Source: Vectrevirus T205P5 | DNA length: 43,663 nucleotides | Sequence record: OZ035792.1 | Direction: 5' to 3' (one strand) | Shown: positions 26,432-36,222 of the stretch, piece by piece | How positions within the stretch are numbered: position 1 is the first letter of the stretch | Layout: the number at the start of each line of letters is the position of its first letter | Notes under the pieces: model-generated | The model's input: only the letters and a program-made list of their open reading frames with translations | Database searches by the model: none | What the model was told of the DNA's origin: nothing | Position numbers and translations under genes: made by a program

Positions 26432-26605
26432 ATGGAAGGTAAACTGTATAGAGGGTACTTCGGTAACTTATATAAAGTAAGCTCTCGCGGTTTTGTATTG
26501 ACCTCTGATGATGAAGGTGCAATGTGGCACCTAAGTGCATATGGTTCTAACTTAGCATACTTTAAAGAGGCAATAGTCAAAGGTGTGATGAAGGAGGTGA
26601 AATGA
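26432..26605 (+). CDS. Small hypothetical protein
   Basis: GAGGA RBS; translationally coupled between neighbouring genes. Confidence 0.4.
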   Translation: MEGKLYRGYFGNLYKVSSRGFVLTSDDEGAMWHLSAYGSNLAYFKEAIVKGVMKEVK

Positions 26606-27549
26606 ACATCTTCCAATTCCTAGGTCTTCCAGAAGACCACCGCAATCATCCATTCATGCTGGTGAAGCATCGCGGTGAAGTTCCTGAGAAGAAACTTACT
26701 TTTCCATGTTATGCACAGGTGAAACGAGATGGAATATTCAGTGCTGTTGTGGTGCGCAATGATGGTGCTGTTGCCGTCTTTGGTCGTACTGGTAAGAAGC
26801 TCGCAAATGTTGAAGCCTTGGAAAAGACATTTAGTGTATTTCCTGTCGGGTTGTATCTTGGTGAGTTGCAATCTATGGCTGTTGATGTTTATCTTGAAGC
26901 TCTGTCAGGAGTGGTAAACCCTAATCGTACAGAGCCACTTGACTTCATAGGCCAGCAGATTAAAGACAACCTGTATATCGACTTCTTCGATATGTTAACT
27001 ATTAAGGCATTCCATGATGGATTCACTGATGTTTCTTATCTCAAACGTTACGATGCTTTACATCGTCGTATCGGCACTCATCTTAGCGGGTGCAACGCTA
27101 TCCTTCCTATCACTCCTTGCCATAATGAGCGAGAAGTTGAAGCGTTTGCGCAAGAGCAAATAGATGCAGGACGTGAGGGTGCTGTATTCAAACTGGACTG
27201 CGATTATGAAGCAGGACACAAAGGTTATCGTCAGACTAAAGAAGTCCGTAAGGTAACTTATGACCTTACTTGTATTGGCTTTGAAGAAGGTAAAGGTAAA
27301 TACAAAGGTAAGGTAGCTAACCTCATTTTCAAGTGGAAAGGGGGCAAGACAATCAAAGCTATGCTCGGTAAAGGGTGGACTCATGCAGATGCAGAACAGA
27401 TGTTCCACGACATTAAACATGGTGGACGATTGAATGTCATTGGTAAAATCTTTGAAGTCAAAGGTCTTCAGGATTCAAGCAAGGGCAACATTCGTCTGCC
27501 CAAAGCGGGAGAATTAAGACATGACAAAGATGAACCAGATTTCTTTTGA
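26602..27549 (+). CDS. ATP-dependent DNA ligase (T7 gp1.3-like)
   Basis: Motif I KRDG in CYAQVKRDGIFSAVVV, motif IV-like EGAVFKL, C-terminal OB-domain motif LPKAGELRHDK. Confidence 0.8.
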   Translation: MNIFQFLGLPEDHRNHPFMLVKHRGEVPEKKLTFPCYAQVKRDGIFSAVVVRNDGAVAVFGRTGKKLANVEALEKTFSVFPVGLYLGELQSMAVDVYLEALSGVVNPNRTEPLDFIGQQIKDNLYIDFFDMLTIKAFHDGFTDVSYLKRYDALHRRIGTHLSGCNAILPITPCHNEREVEAFAQEQIDAGREGAVFKLDCDYEAGHKGYRQTKEVRKVTYDLTCIGFEEGKGKYKGKVANLIFKWKGGKTIKAMLGKGWTHADAEQMFHDIKHGGRLNVIGKIFEVKGLQDSSKGNIRLPKAGELRHDKDEPDFF

Positions 27550-27736
27550 TAGCATGAAGGCAACTCGTGCAGTTGAGGTAGCAGAAGCTATCTTTGAAAC
27601 TTTATCCTGTGGCATGGAAGTGCCATATACTTTACTTGCTGATGCAGAAGAACTTGGTCTTTCTGTAGAAGCTATCCAAGAGAAGGTTGACGAATTATAT
27701 GGTACAGACGAAGAAGAAACCGACGATTTCATTTGA
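27521..27736 (+). CDS. Small acidic hypothetical protein (71 aa)
   Basis: GGGAGAA RBS; overlaps the ligase 3' end; acidic C-terminus EEETDDFI. Confidence 0.4.
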   Translation: MTKMNQISFDSMKATRAVEVAEAIFETLSCGMEVPYTLLADAEELGLSVEAIQEKVDELYGTDEEETDDFI

Positions 27737-27746
27737 AGGAATGGAG

Positions 27747-27869
27747 ATGCTTGAGATGATTCTCAAGCCTTCTTCTCCGAAGGTGACTAAGACTCATGAA
27801 GAGTTAATCGTTGATGAAGTGAAGCGTTACATCATGGATTGTGTCAGAGCACAACTGGTGGTCCAATGA
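27747..27869 (+). CDS. Small hypothetical protein (40 aa)
   Basis: AGGA RBS; its stop overlaps the GNAT start (ATGA). Confidence 0.3.
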   Translation: MLEMILKPSSPKVTKTHEELIVDEVKRYIMDCVRAQLVVQ

Positions 27870-28327
27870 TACGTCCAGCTTCCTTCCTAGATATTCCTGA
27901 GATTATAAACCTTGGGAATAAATATGTGGAAGAGGAAGTCAAGGTAGTGGCCCATCACTCAGCCTCATGGAATGCAGAACAAAGCGCACATAACCTTTGC
28001 GCATCTCTTAGTAGGGAAGATTTATTCCTATGGGTTGCTGTAGATGAAGGGCGGATTGTAGGGTTCCTGTGGGCTGGCTATCACGAGTTGGCCCCTTGGA
28101 CACCTGTAAGGGTTGCCTCTGACATTCTCTTTTATATTATACCAGAGAAGCGAGGAACACTACTTGGTATGCGTCTCATCAAAGCCCTAAAGCAATGGGC
28201 TAGTGATAATGAATGCTCTGAGGTTCGCCTGTCTATCGCCTCTGGTATTAATGAAGAACGTGTCGGACGTATGTATAAGCGACTTGGCTTTGAACCGTTT
28301 GGCACTGTGTATAACCTGAAGTTCTAA
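27866..28327 (+). CDS. GNAT-family N-acetyltransferase
   Basis: IVGFLWA...ILFYIIPEKRGTLLGMRLIKAL...VRLSI...RMYKRLGFEP contains the acetyl-CoA-binding motif of the GNAT fold; about 153 aa. Confidence 0.75.
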   Translation: MIRPASFLDIPEIINLGNKYVEEEVKVVAHHSASWNAEQSAHNLCASLSREDLFLWVAVDEGRIVGFLWAGYHELAPWTPVRVASDILFYIIPEKRGTLLGMRLIKALKQWASDNECSEVRLSIASGINEERVGRMYKRLGFEPFGTVYNLKF

Positions 28328-28336
28328 GGAGACAAC

Positions 28337-28546
28337 ATGGGTGTTGTAAAGAAAGCATTTAAGGCTATCGGTCTTGCTCAAGATGCACCACGTATTGAAG
28401 CCAAAGTCCCAGCACAGCAGCTTGAGCGTAAGCCTGAGACTGAAGCTGAAGATATTCAAATTGGTGCAGGTGGTGATGATGCGACTGCATCTGCAAAAGG
28501 TAAGCGCGGCCTTGTCCGTCCGGTAGCTTCTAGCTTGAAGGTGTAA
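28337..28546 (+). CDS. Small virion-associated protein candidate (gp6.7/gp7.3-like)
   Basis: AAGGAGA RBS; immediately precedes the portal gene; charged and Gly/Ala-rich like T7 gp6.7 and gp7.3. Confidence 0.4.
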   Translation: MGVVKKAFKAIGLAQDAPRIEAKVPAQQLERKPETEAEDIQIGAGGDDATASAKGKRGLVRPVASSLKV

Positions 28547-28547
28547 T

Positions 28548-30098
28548 ATGAAACAGAGCACAGATTTGGAGTATGGAGGTAAGCGGTCTAAGATACCTAA
28601 GCTATGGGAGAAGTTCTCCACTAAACGTAGCTCTTTCCTTGATAGGGCGAAGCATTACTCCAAATTAACCTTGCCCTATCTGATGAATGACAAAGGTGAT
28701 AACGAGACTTCGCAGAATGGATGGCAAGGTGTAGGTGCTCAGGCAACTAATCATCTAGCCAACAAGCTAGCGCAAGTACTATTCCCTGCACAGCGTTCCT
28801 TCTTCCGTGTAGACTTAACTGCACAAGGTGAGAAGGTTCTTAATCAGCGTGGCCTGAAGAAGACAGAGCTAGCTACCATCTTCGCTCAAGTGGAAACACG
28901 GGCAATGAAAGAGTTAGAGCAACGTCAATTCCGGCCTGCTGTAGTGGAAGCATTCAAGCATCTTATTGTTGCTGGTAGCTGTATGCTATACAAGCCGAGC
29001 AAAGGTGCAATCAGTGCTATCCCAATGCATCACTACGTAGTTAACCGTGATACCAATGGCGACCTGTTAGACATTATCTTGCTACAAGAGAAAGCCTTAC
29101 GTACCTTTGACCCAGCTACACGTGCTGTAGTAGAGGTTGGCCTGAAAGGTAAGAAGTGCAAGGAAGATGACAGCGTTAAGCTGTACACACATGCTAAGTA
29201 TCTTGGTGATGGATTTTGGGAACTCAAGCAATCTGCTGATGATATTCCTGTAGGTAAGGTTAGTAAGATCAAATCAGAAAAGCTACCTTTCATCCCATTA
29301 ACTTGGAAGAGAAGCTATGGTGAGGATTGGGGTCGCCCTCTTGCAGAGGATTACTCCGGTGACTTATTCGTTATCCAATTCTTATCTGAAGCAGTTGCCC
29401 GTGGTGCTGCACTGATGGCAGATATTAAGTACCTGATTCGTCCGGGTGCTCAAACTGATGTTGACCACTTTGTTAACTCTGGCACTGGTGAAGTTGTCAC
29501 TGGTGTAGAAGAAGATATCCATATTGTACAGTTAGGTAAGTATGCAGACCTCACACCTATTAGCGCGGTTCTAGAGGTATACACTCGCCGTATCGGTGTT
29601 GTCTTCATGATGGAGACAATGACACGCCGTGACGCCGAACGTGTTACTGCTGTAGAAATCCAGCGAGATGCGTTAGAGATTGAGCAGAACATGGGTGGGG
29701 TATACTCCCTCTTTGCTACTACTATGCAATCGCCAGTAGCGATGTGGGGTCTGCTGGAGGCAGGGGAGTCCTTCACTAGTGACTTAGTGGACCCTGTGAT
29801 TATCACAGGTATTGAAGCTTTAGGACGCATGGCTGAGTTGGATAAACTGGCTAACTTTGCTCAGTATATGTCACTGCCATTACAATGGCCTGAGCCTGTC
29901 CTAGCTGCTGTGAAATGGCCTGACTATATGGATTGGGTGCGTGGTCAAATCTCTGCTGAACTGCCGTTCCTTAAATCAGCTGAAGAGATGGCACAAGAAC
30001 AGGAAGCACAGATGCAAGCACAGCAAGCACAGATGCTTGAAGAAGGTGTGGCTAAGGCCGTGCCGGGTGTAATTCAACAAGAACTTAAGGAGGCGTAA
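28548..30098 (+). CDS. Portal (head-to-tail connector) protein, T7 gp8-like
   Basis: 516 aa; matches T7 gp8 as recalled (GVGA..NHLANKL..LFP, VEAFKHLIVAGS, YTHAKYL, RVTAVEIQR, GGVYS). Confidence 0.9.
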   Translation: MKQSTDLEYGGKRSKIPKLWEKFSTKRSSFLDRAKHYSKLTLPYLMNDKGDNETSQNGWQGVGAQATNHLANKLAQVLFPAQRSFFRVDLTAQGEKVLNQRGLKKTELATIFAQVETRAMKELEQRQFRPAVVEAFKHLIVAGSCMLYKPSKGAISAIPMHHYVVNRDTNGDLLDIILLQEKALRTFDPATRAVVEVGLKGKKCKEDDSVKLYTHAKYLGDGFWELKQSADDIPVGKVSKIKSEKLPFIPLTWKRSYGEDWGRPLAEDYSGDLFVIQFLSEAVARGAALMADIKYLIRPGAQTDVDHFVNSGTGEVVTGVEEDIHIVQLGKYADLTPISAVLEVYTRRIGVVFMMETMTRRDAERVTAVEIQRDALEIEQNMGGVYSLFATTMQSPVAMWGLLEAGESFTSDLVDPVIITGIEALGRMAELDKLANFAQYMSLPLQWPEPVLAAVKWPDYMDWVRGQISAELPFLKSAEEMAQEQEAQMQAQQAQMLEEGVAKAVPGVIQQELKEA

Positions 30099-31018
30099 TG
30101 TCTTTCTCATTTACTGAACCGTCAACCACTCACCCTACTGCTGAAGAGGGTCCGGTAGAAACCAAGGAGGTAACAACTGATGCTGCTACTACTGATGCTC
30201 CTGCTGACGCTGGCACTGCTGTACAAGATGACAATGCTGGTGCACAACCTACTGAAGACACCGGAGGAGAAGCTTCTGGACAGCCTTCAGAAAAAGGAGA
30301 CAATGGCGGAGAGAATGGTGAACCTAAGCCAGATGATACCGCGACCGACACTGAGGAAGTGCAATACTTCTTCGGAGAACACGAAGTAACAGTAGACATC
30401 CCACAGGATGTAACTGACAGCCTTAAAGAGAAAGGCATTGATGCCAAGCAGGTTGCCAAGGAACTCTATTCCAAAGGTGGCAAGTTTGAACTGTCAGATG
30501 CAACCAAGCAGAAATTGTATGATGCTTTTGGCAAGTTTGCGGTAGATGCTTACCTGTCAGGTCTAAAGGCTCAAAATGAAGCCTTCTTCCTGAAAGAAGC
30601 CAACGCAGCTAAAGAGTTGGAAGCAGCTAACACCCAACGCTTCTCTGATGTTTCTAAGGAAATTGGTGGCGAAGAAGGTTGGTCCCGTCTTGAGGAGTGG
30701 GCACTTGAAGCGCTGTCTGATGACGAACTAATGGCATTCAATGCGGTGATGGAGTCTGGCAACCAGTACCTCCAGCAGTACGCTGTGCGTGAACTGGAGA
30801 GCCGCCGTAAGGCTGCACAGGGTGATGATAAGCCGTCCCTGATTGAGCCATCAGCACCTGCTAAGGCTAATGAAGAGAATGGCCCACTGACGCGAGATCA
30901 GTACGTTCAAGCAATCGCAACTCTTAGCCAGAAGTACGGCAATGACCGTAAAGCTATGGCAGAAGCTCAGGCTAAACTGGACGCCCGTCGCCGTGCTGGC
31001 ATGGCTCGCGGTATCTAA
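30098..31018 (+). CDS. Capsid assembly (scaffolding) protein, gp9-like
   Basis: 306 aa, acidic and low-complexity at the N-terminus, helical at the C-terminus; between portal and major capsid genes. Confidence 0.7.
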   Translation: MSFSFTEPSTTHPTAEEGPVETKEVTTDAATTDAPADAGTAVQDDNAGAQPTEDTGGEASGQPSEKGDNGGENGEPKPDDTATDTEEVQYFFGEHEVTVDIPQDVTDSLKEKGIDAKQVAKELYSKGGKFELSDATKQKLYDAFGKFAVDAYLSGLKAQNEAFFLKEANAAKELEAANTQRFSDVSKEIGGEEGWSRLEEWALEALSDDELMAFNAVMESGNQYLQQYAVRELESRRKAAQGDDKPSLIEPSAPAKANEENGPLTRDQYVQAIATLSQKYGNDRKAMAEAQAKLDARRRAGMARGI

Positions 31019-31023
31019 TTCAG

Positions 31024-31048
31024 TATTTACTGGACACTATAGAAGGGA
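31024..31048 (+). promoter_or_regulatory. SP6-type phage RNAP promoter (consensus) upstream of the major capsid gene
   Basis: TATTTACTGGACACTATAGAAGGGAG. Confidence 0.85.
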
Positions 31049-31097
31049 GAAAAGTTCTCCCTAGTTATCAATTTGATTTATAAGGAGATTATAATAC

Positions 31098-32306
31098 ATG
31101 TCTACACCGAATACTCTGACTAACGTTGCTGTATCTGCATCCGGTGAGGTTGACAGCCTTCTCATTGAGAAGTTTAATGGTAAGGTCAATGAGCAGTACC
31201 TGAAAGGTGAGAACATTCTGTCCTACTTTGATGTACAAACTGTTACTGGAACTAACACAGTGAGCAACAAATATTTGGGCGAAACTGAGTTGCAGGTGCT
31301 AGCACCGGGTCAGTCTCCTAATGCCACCCCTACTCAGGCGGATAAAAACCAGTTGGTAATTGATACCACTGTCATTGCTCGTAACACTGTGGCTCACATC
31401 CACGATGTACAAGGTGACATCGATAGCCTGAAACCAAAACTGGCTATGAACCAAGCCAAGCAACTGAAACGTCTGGAAGACCAGATGGCAATTCAGCAGA
31501 TGCTGTTAGGCGGTATTGCTAACACCAAGGCCAAACGTAACAAGCCGCGTGTTAAAGGGCATGGCTTCTCTATCAACGTTAACGTAACTGAGAGTGAAGC
31601 ACTGGCTAACCCTCAGTATGTTATGGCTGCGGTAGAGTATGCTCTGGAGCAACAGCTTGAGCAGGAAGTGGACATCTCTGATGTAGCTATCATGATGCCG
31701 TGGAAGTTCTTCAATGCTCTGCGTGATGCAGACCGAATTGTAGATAAGACTTACACTATCAGCCAGTCTGGTGCAACCATTAATGGCTTCGTTCTCTCTT
31801 CTTATAACTGCCCTGTGATCCCGTCTAACCGATTCCCTACCTTCGCTCAGAATCAGGCTCACCACCTGTTGTCTAATGAAGATAACGGATACCGTTATGA
31901 CCCTATCGCAGAGATGAATGGTGCAGTTGCTGTTCTGTTCACTGCCGACGCACTGCTGGTGGGTCGTACCATTGAAGTGACTGGTGACATCTTCTATGAG
32001 AAGAAAGAGAAGACTTATTACATTGACACCTTCATGGCTGAGGGTGCAATCCCTGACCGTTGGGAAGCAGTGTCTGTAGTTACCACTAAACGTAATGCAA
32101 CTTCTGGTGCTGCTGAAGGTTCTGGTGATGATCACGCAACCGTACTGGCTCGTGCACAGCGTAAGGCTGTATATGTCAAAACCGAAGGTGCTGCGGCTGC
32201 ATTCTCTGCTGCCCCAGCAGGTATCCAAGCGGAAGACCTTGTAGCGGCGGTACGTGCTGTAATGGCAAATGACATTAAGCCGACTGCAATGAAACCTACT
32301 GAGTAA
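31098..32306 (+). CDS. Major capsid protein
   Basis: 402 aa; strong codon bias; consensus promoter upstream and Tphi-like terminator downstream; position after the scaffold gene. Confidence 0.85.
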   Translation: MSTPNTLTNVAVSASGEVDSLLIEKFNGKVNEQYLKGENILSYFDVQTVTGTNTVSNKYLGETELQVLAPGQSPNATPTQADKNQLVIDTTVIARNTVAHIHDVQGDIDSLKPKLAMNQAKQLKRLEDQMAIQQMLLGGIANTKAKRNKPRVKGHGFSINVNVTESEALANPQYVMAAVEYALEQQLEQEVDISDVAIMMPWKFFNALRDADRIVDKTYTISQSGATINGFVLSSYNCPVIPSNRFPTFAQNQAHHLLSNEDNGYRYDPIAEMNGAVAVLFTADALLVGRTIEVTGDIFYEKKEKTYYIDTFMAEGAIPDRWEAVSVVTTKRNATSGAAEGSGDDHATVLARAQRKAVYVKTEGAAAAFSAAPAGIQAEDLVAAVRAVMANDIKPTAMKPTE

Positions 32307-32313
32307 CACCTAT

Positions 32314-32350
32314 GCCCTATCTACCTTGCGTAGGTAGGGTTCTTTTTGTT
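32314..32350 (+). terminator. Tphi-like terminator after the major capsid gene
   Basis: CCCTATCTA-ccttgcg-TAGGTAGGG hairpin with one G-U wobble, followed by TTCTTTTTGTT. Confidence 0.65.
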
Positions 32351-32360
32351 AGGAGGATTC

Positions 32361-33098
32361 ATGCCTGTAATTAGACAAACCAGTAAATTAGGACATATGA
32401 TGGAAGATGTGGCCTTCCAGATTATTGATAGTAAGCTGGAAGCGGTAAACTTGTGTATGCGAGCTATTGGTCGTGAGGGTGTGGATTCCCTCGACTCAGG
32501 GGACTTGGACGCAGAAGATGCAAGCAAAATGATCGACATCGTATCCCAGCGGTTCCAGTACAACAAAGGAGGTGGCTGGTGGTTCAATCGTGAACCAAAC
32601 TGGCAACTTGCACCAGACACTAACGGTGAAGTTAATTTACCTAACAACTGCCTAGCAGTATTGCAGTGTTATGCTTTAGGTGAAAAGAAAGTACCTATGA
32701 CTATGCGAGCAGGTAAGCTCTACTCTACTTGGAGTCACACCTTTGATATGCGTAAGCATGTTAATGCTAATGGTATGATTCGTCTTACCTTACTCACCTT
32801 ACTACCCTACGAGCATCTACCTACAAGTGTAATGCAGGCTATTGCCTATCAAGCTGCTGTAGAGTTTATTGTGTCTAAGGATGCAGATCAGACTAAGCTA
32901 GCCACTGCGCAGCAGATAGCCACTCAGCTTCTTATGGATGTACAATCTGAGCAAATGTCACAGAAGCGATTAAACATGCTGGTACATAACCCCACTCAGC
33001 GTCAGTTTGGTATCATGGCTGGTGGCTCTCAGAATGTACCTGCTTACTCTCATTCACCTTATGAGAGTTGGGCGCTCCGTCCGTGGGAGGATCGTTAA
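32361..33098 (+). CDS. Tail tubular protein A (gp11-like)
   Basis: AGGAGGA RBS before the ATG at 32361; position between capsid and tail tube B. Confidence 0.7.
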   Translation: MPVIRQTSKLGHMMEDVAFQIIDSKLEAVNLCMRAIGREGVDSLDSGDLDAEDASKMIDIVSQRFQYNKGGGWWFNREPNWQLAPDTNGEVNLPNNCLAVLQCYALGEKKVPMTMRAGKLYSTWSHTFDMRKHVNANGMIRLTLLTLLPYEHLPTSVMQAIAYQAAVEFIVSKDADQTKLATAQQIATQLLMDVQSEQMSQKRLNMLVHNPTQRQFGIMAGGSQNVPAYSHSPYESWALRPWEDR

Positions 33099-35500
33099 TG
33101 GAAGTACAAGGTTCATTAGGTAGACAAATCCAAGGGATTAGCCAGCAGCCGCCAGCGGTACGCTTGGATGGTCAGTGCACAGCTATGGTTAATATGATAC
33201 CTGATGTAGTGAATGGTACTCAATCACGCATGGGTACAACTCATATTGCAAAGATACTTGATGCGGGGACTGATGACATGGCTACTCATCATTATCGCAG
33301 AGGTGATGGTGATGAAGAGTATTTCTTCACGTTGAAGAAAGGACAAGTTCCTGAGATATTTGATAAGTATGGGCGCAAATGTAATGTGACTTCACAAGAT
33401 GCACCTATGACCTACCTCTCTGAGGTTGTTAATCCAAGGGAAGATGTGCAATTCATGACGATAGCTGATGTTACTTTCATGCTTAATCGTAGGAAAGTAG
33501 TTAAAGCTAGTAGCAGGAAGTCACCTAAAGTTGGAAACAAAGCCATTGTGTTTTGTGCGTATGGTCAATATGGTACATCTTATTCCATTGTAATTAATGG
33601 GGCCAACGCTGCTAGTTTTAAAACACCGGATGGTGGAAGTGCAGACCATGTTGAACAAATTCGAACTGAACGTATCACTTCTGAATTGTACTCTAAGTTG
33701 CAGCAATGGAGCGGTGTGAGTGACTATGAAATACAAAGAGACGGTACTAGTATATTTATCGAGAGACGGGATGGTGCTAGCTTTACAATAACAACCACCG
33801 ATGGTGCAAAAGGTAAGGACTTAGTGGCTATCAAGAATAAAGTTAGCTCTACTGACCTACTCCCTTCTCGTGCGCCTGCTGGTTATAAAGTACAAGTGTG
33901 GCCTACTGGCAGCAAACCTGAGTCTCGTTACTGGCTGCAAGCTGAGCCTAAAGAGGGAAACCTTGTGTCTTGGAAAGAAACAATAGCTGCTGATGTATTA
34001 CTTGGGTTTGATAAAGGCACAATGCCTTACATTATTGAACGTACAGATATCATCAACGGCATAGCTCAATTCAAGATAAGACAAGGTGATTGGGAAGATC
34101 GTAAAGTAGGGGATGACTTGACTAACCCTATGCCCTCTTTTATTGATGAGGAAGTACCCCAGACAATAGGTGGAATGTTCATGGTGCAGAACCGCCTATG
34201 CTTTACAGCAGGTGAAGCGGTTATTGCTTCTCGTACATCATACTTCTTCGATTTCTTTCGTTATACGGTTATCTCTGCATTGGCAACTGACCCCTTTGAT
34301 ATTTTCTCAGATGCTAGTGAAGTTTACCAGCTAAAACATGCAGTGACCTTAGATGGCGCTACCGTGTTGTTCTCTGATAAGTCACAATTCATACTGCCAG
34401 GCGATAAGCCTTTAGAGAAGTCAAATGCACTGCTTAAGCCTGTTACAACATTTGAAGTGAACAATAAAGTGAAGCCAGTAGTAACTGGTGAATCGGTAAT
34501 GTTTGCCACTAATGATGGTTCTTACTCTGGTGTACGAGAGTTCTATACAGACTCTTATAGTGACACTAAGAAGGCACAAGCAATCACAAGTCATGTGAAT
34601 AAACTCATCGAAGGTAACATTACCAACATGGCAGCAAGCACCAATGTCAACAGGTTACTTGTCACTACCGATAAGTATCGTAACATAATCTACTGCTACG
34701 ATTGGTTATGGCAAGGAACAGACCGTGTACAATCAGCATGGCATGTATGGAAGTGGCCTATAGGTACAAAGGTGCGAGGTATGTTTTATTCTGGTGAATT
34801 ACTTTACCTGCTCCTTGAGCGAGGAGATGGCGTGTATCTGGAGAAGATGGACATGGGTGATGCACTAACCTACGGTTTGAATGACCGCATCAGAATGGAT
34901 AGGCAAGCAGAGTTAGTCTTCAAGCATTTCAAAGCAGAAGATGAATGGGTATCTGAGCCGCTCCCTTGGGTTCCTACTAACCCAGAACTTTTAGATTGCA
35001 TCTTAATCGAGGGTTGGGATTCATATATTGGCGGCTCTTTCTTATTCAAGTACAACCCTAGTGACAATACTTTGTCTACAACCTTTGATATGTATGATGA
35101 CAGCCATGTAAAGGCGAAGGTTATTGTTGGTCAGATTTACCCTCAAGAGTTTGAACCTACGCCTGTGGTTATCAGAGACAATCAAGACCGTGTATCCTAC
35201 ATTGATGTACCAGTTGTAGGATTGGTTCACCTTAATCTTGACATGTACCCCGATTTCTCCGTAGAAGTTAAGAATGTGAAGAGTGGTAAAGTACGTAGAG
35301 TATTAGCGTCAAACCGTATAGGTGGTGCTCTCAATAATACAGTAGGCTATGTTGAACCGAGAGAAGGTGTCTTCAGATTTCCACTGAGAGCTAAGAGCAC
35401 GGATGTTGTTTATCGTATTATTGTAGAGTCACCTCACACATTCCAGCTTCGTGATATTGAGTGGGAGGGGAGCTACAATCCAACCAAAAGGAGGGTCTAA
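33098..35500 (+). CDS. Tail tubular protein B (gp12-like)
   Basis: About 800 aa; N-terminal GISQQP motif as in T7 gp12; GGGAGGA RBS; start overlaps the upstream stop. Confidence 0.85.
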   Translation: MEVQGSLGRQIQGISQQPPAVRLDGQCTAMVNMIPDVVNGTQSRMGTTHIAKILDAGTDDMATHHYRRGDGDEEYFFTLKKGQVPEIFDKYGRKCNVTSQDAPMTYLSEVVNPREDVQFMTIADVTFMLNRRKVVKASSRKSPKVGNKAIVFCAYGQYGTSYSIVINGANAASFKTPDGGSADHVEQIRTERITSELYSKLQQWSGVSDYEIQRDGTSIFIERRDGASFTITTTDGAKGKDLVAIKNKVSSTDLLPSRAPAGYKVQVWPTGSKPESRYWLQAEPKEGNLVSWKETIAADVLLGFDKGTMPYIIERTDIINGIAQFKIRQGDWEDRKVGDDLTNPMPSFIDEEVPQTIGGMFMVQNRLCFTAGEAVIASRTSYFFDFFRYTVISALATDPFDIFSDASEVYQLKHAVTLDGATVLFSDKSQFILPGDKPLEKSNALLKPVTTFEVNNKVKPVVTGESVMFATNDGSYSGVREFYTDSYSDTKKAQAITSHVNKLIEGNITNMAASTNVNRLLVTTDKYRNIIYCYDWLWQGTDRVQSAWHVWKWPIGTKVRGMFYSGELLYLLLERGDGVYLEKMDMGDALTYGLNDRIRMDRQAELVFKHFKAEDEWVSEPLPWVPTNPELLDCILIEGWDSYIGGSFLFKYNPSDNTLSTTFDMYDDSHVKAKVIVGQIYPQEFEPTPVVIRDNQDRVSYIDVPVVGLVHLNLDMYPDFSVEVKNVKSGKVRRVLASNRIGGALNNTVGYVEPREGVFRFPLRAKSTDVVYRIIVESPHTFQLRDIEWEGSYNPTKRRV

Positions 35501-36222
35501 TGGCTATAGGTTCAGCCGTTATGGCTGGTATGTCTTCTATTGGTAGCATGTTTGCAGGCAGTGGTGCAGCAGCCGCTGCTGGAGGTGCTGCCGCAGGTGG
35601 CGGAGGTTTGCTAGGTTCACTAGGTGGATTCCTAAGTGGCTCTACTGCTGGTTTCTCTAATGCTGGCCTTCTTGGTGCTGGCCTTCAAGGGTTAGGCTTG
35701 ATTGGTGATCTATTTGGTGGAAGTGATGAAGCCAAGGCGATGAAGAAAGCACAAGAAGAGCAATGGCGGCAGCAGCTTATTGCTACACAAGAGGCGTACA
35801 AGACAGTGGCAGACGCAGAACGTTCTGCTGCTAAACAATATCATGCAGATGCAATCAGCAATCAGGCTTCACTGCTACAGCAGCGAGCACAGGTTGCATT
35901 ACTTGCTGGGGCTACTGGTACTGGTGGTAACTCTGTGTCTTCTATGCTGAATGACTTAGCAGCAGAAGGCGGAAGGAACCAGAGTACAATTATCGATAAC
36001 TATGAGAATCAGAAGATTAACTTCACAAACCAGCTTAAGTCCATCCAACGTGGTGGTCAGGTGCAGATGCGTGAGTTTAAGAAACCTTCTGCCGTGAGCA
36101 CCTTGGTGCAAGGTATACCGAGTCTGGCATCTGCCTATGTAACAGGTAGTAAGTCCGGCATGGCTTTAGGTAAAGCTTTAACTGATTCTCGTACATATTC
36201 ATCTGGAACAAGAGGTATTTAA
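35500..36222 (+). CDS. Internal virion protein (gp14-like), Gly/Ala-rich
   Basis: AAGGAGGG RBS; Gly/Ala-rich N-terminal half; between tail tube B and the large internal virion proteins. Confidence 0.6.
   Translation: MAIGSAVMAGMSSIGSMFAGSGAAAAAGGAAAGGGGLLGSLGGFLSGSTAGFSNAGLLGAGLQGLGLIGDLFGGSDEAKAMKKAQEEQWRQQLIATQEAYKTVADAERSAAKQYHADAISNQASLLQQRAQVALLAGATGTGGNSVSSMLNDLAAEGGRNQSTIIDNYENQKINFTNQLKSIQRGGQVQMREFKKPSAVSTLVQGIPSLASAYVTGSKSGMALGKALTDSRTYSSGTRGI

Noticed and set aside
31098-32306. Programmed -1 frameshift extending the capsid protein (as in T7 gp10B)
   Set aside because: I could not identify a slippery heptamer with a downstream extended frame; the terminator follows the stop immediately.
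31506-32309. Minus-strand ORF (267 aa) inside the major capsid gene
   Set aside because: Antisense shadow of the highly expressed capsid gene; Cys/Ser-rich low-complexity translation with no start context.
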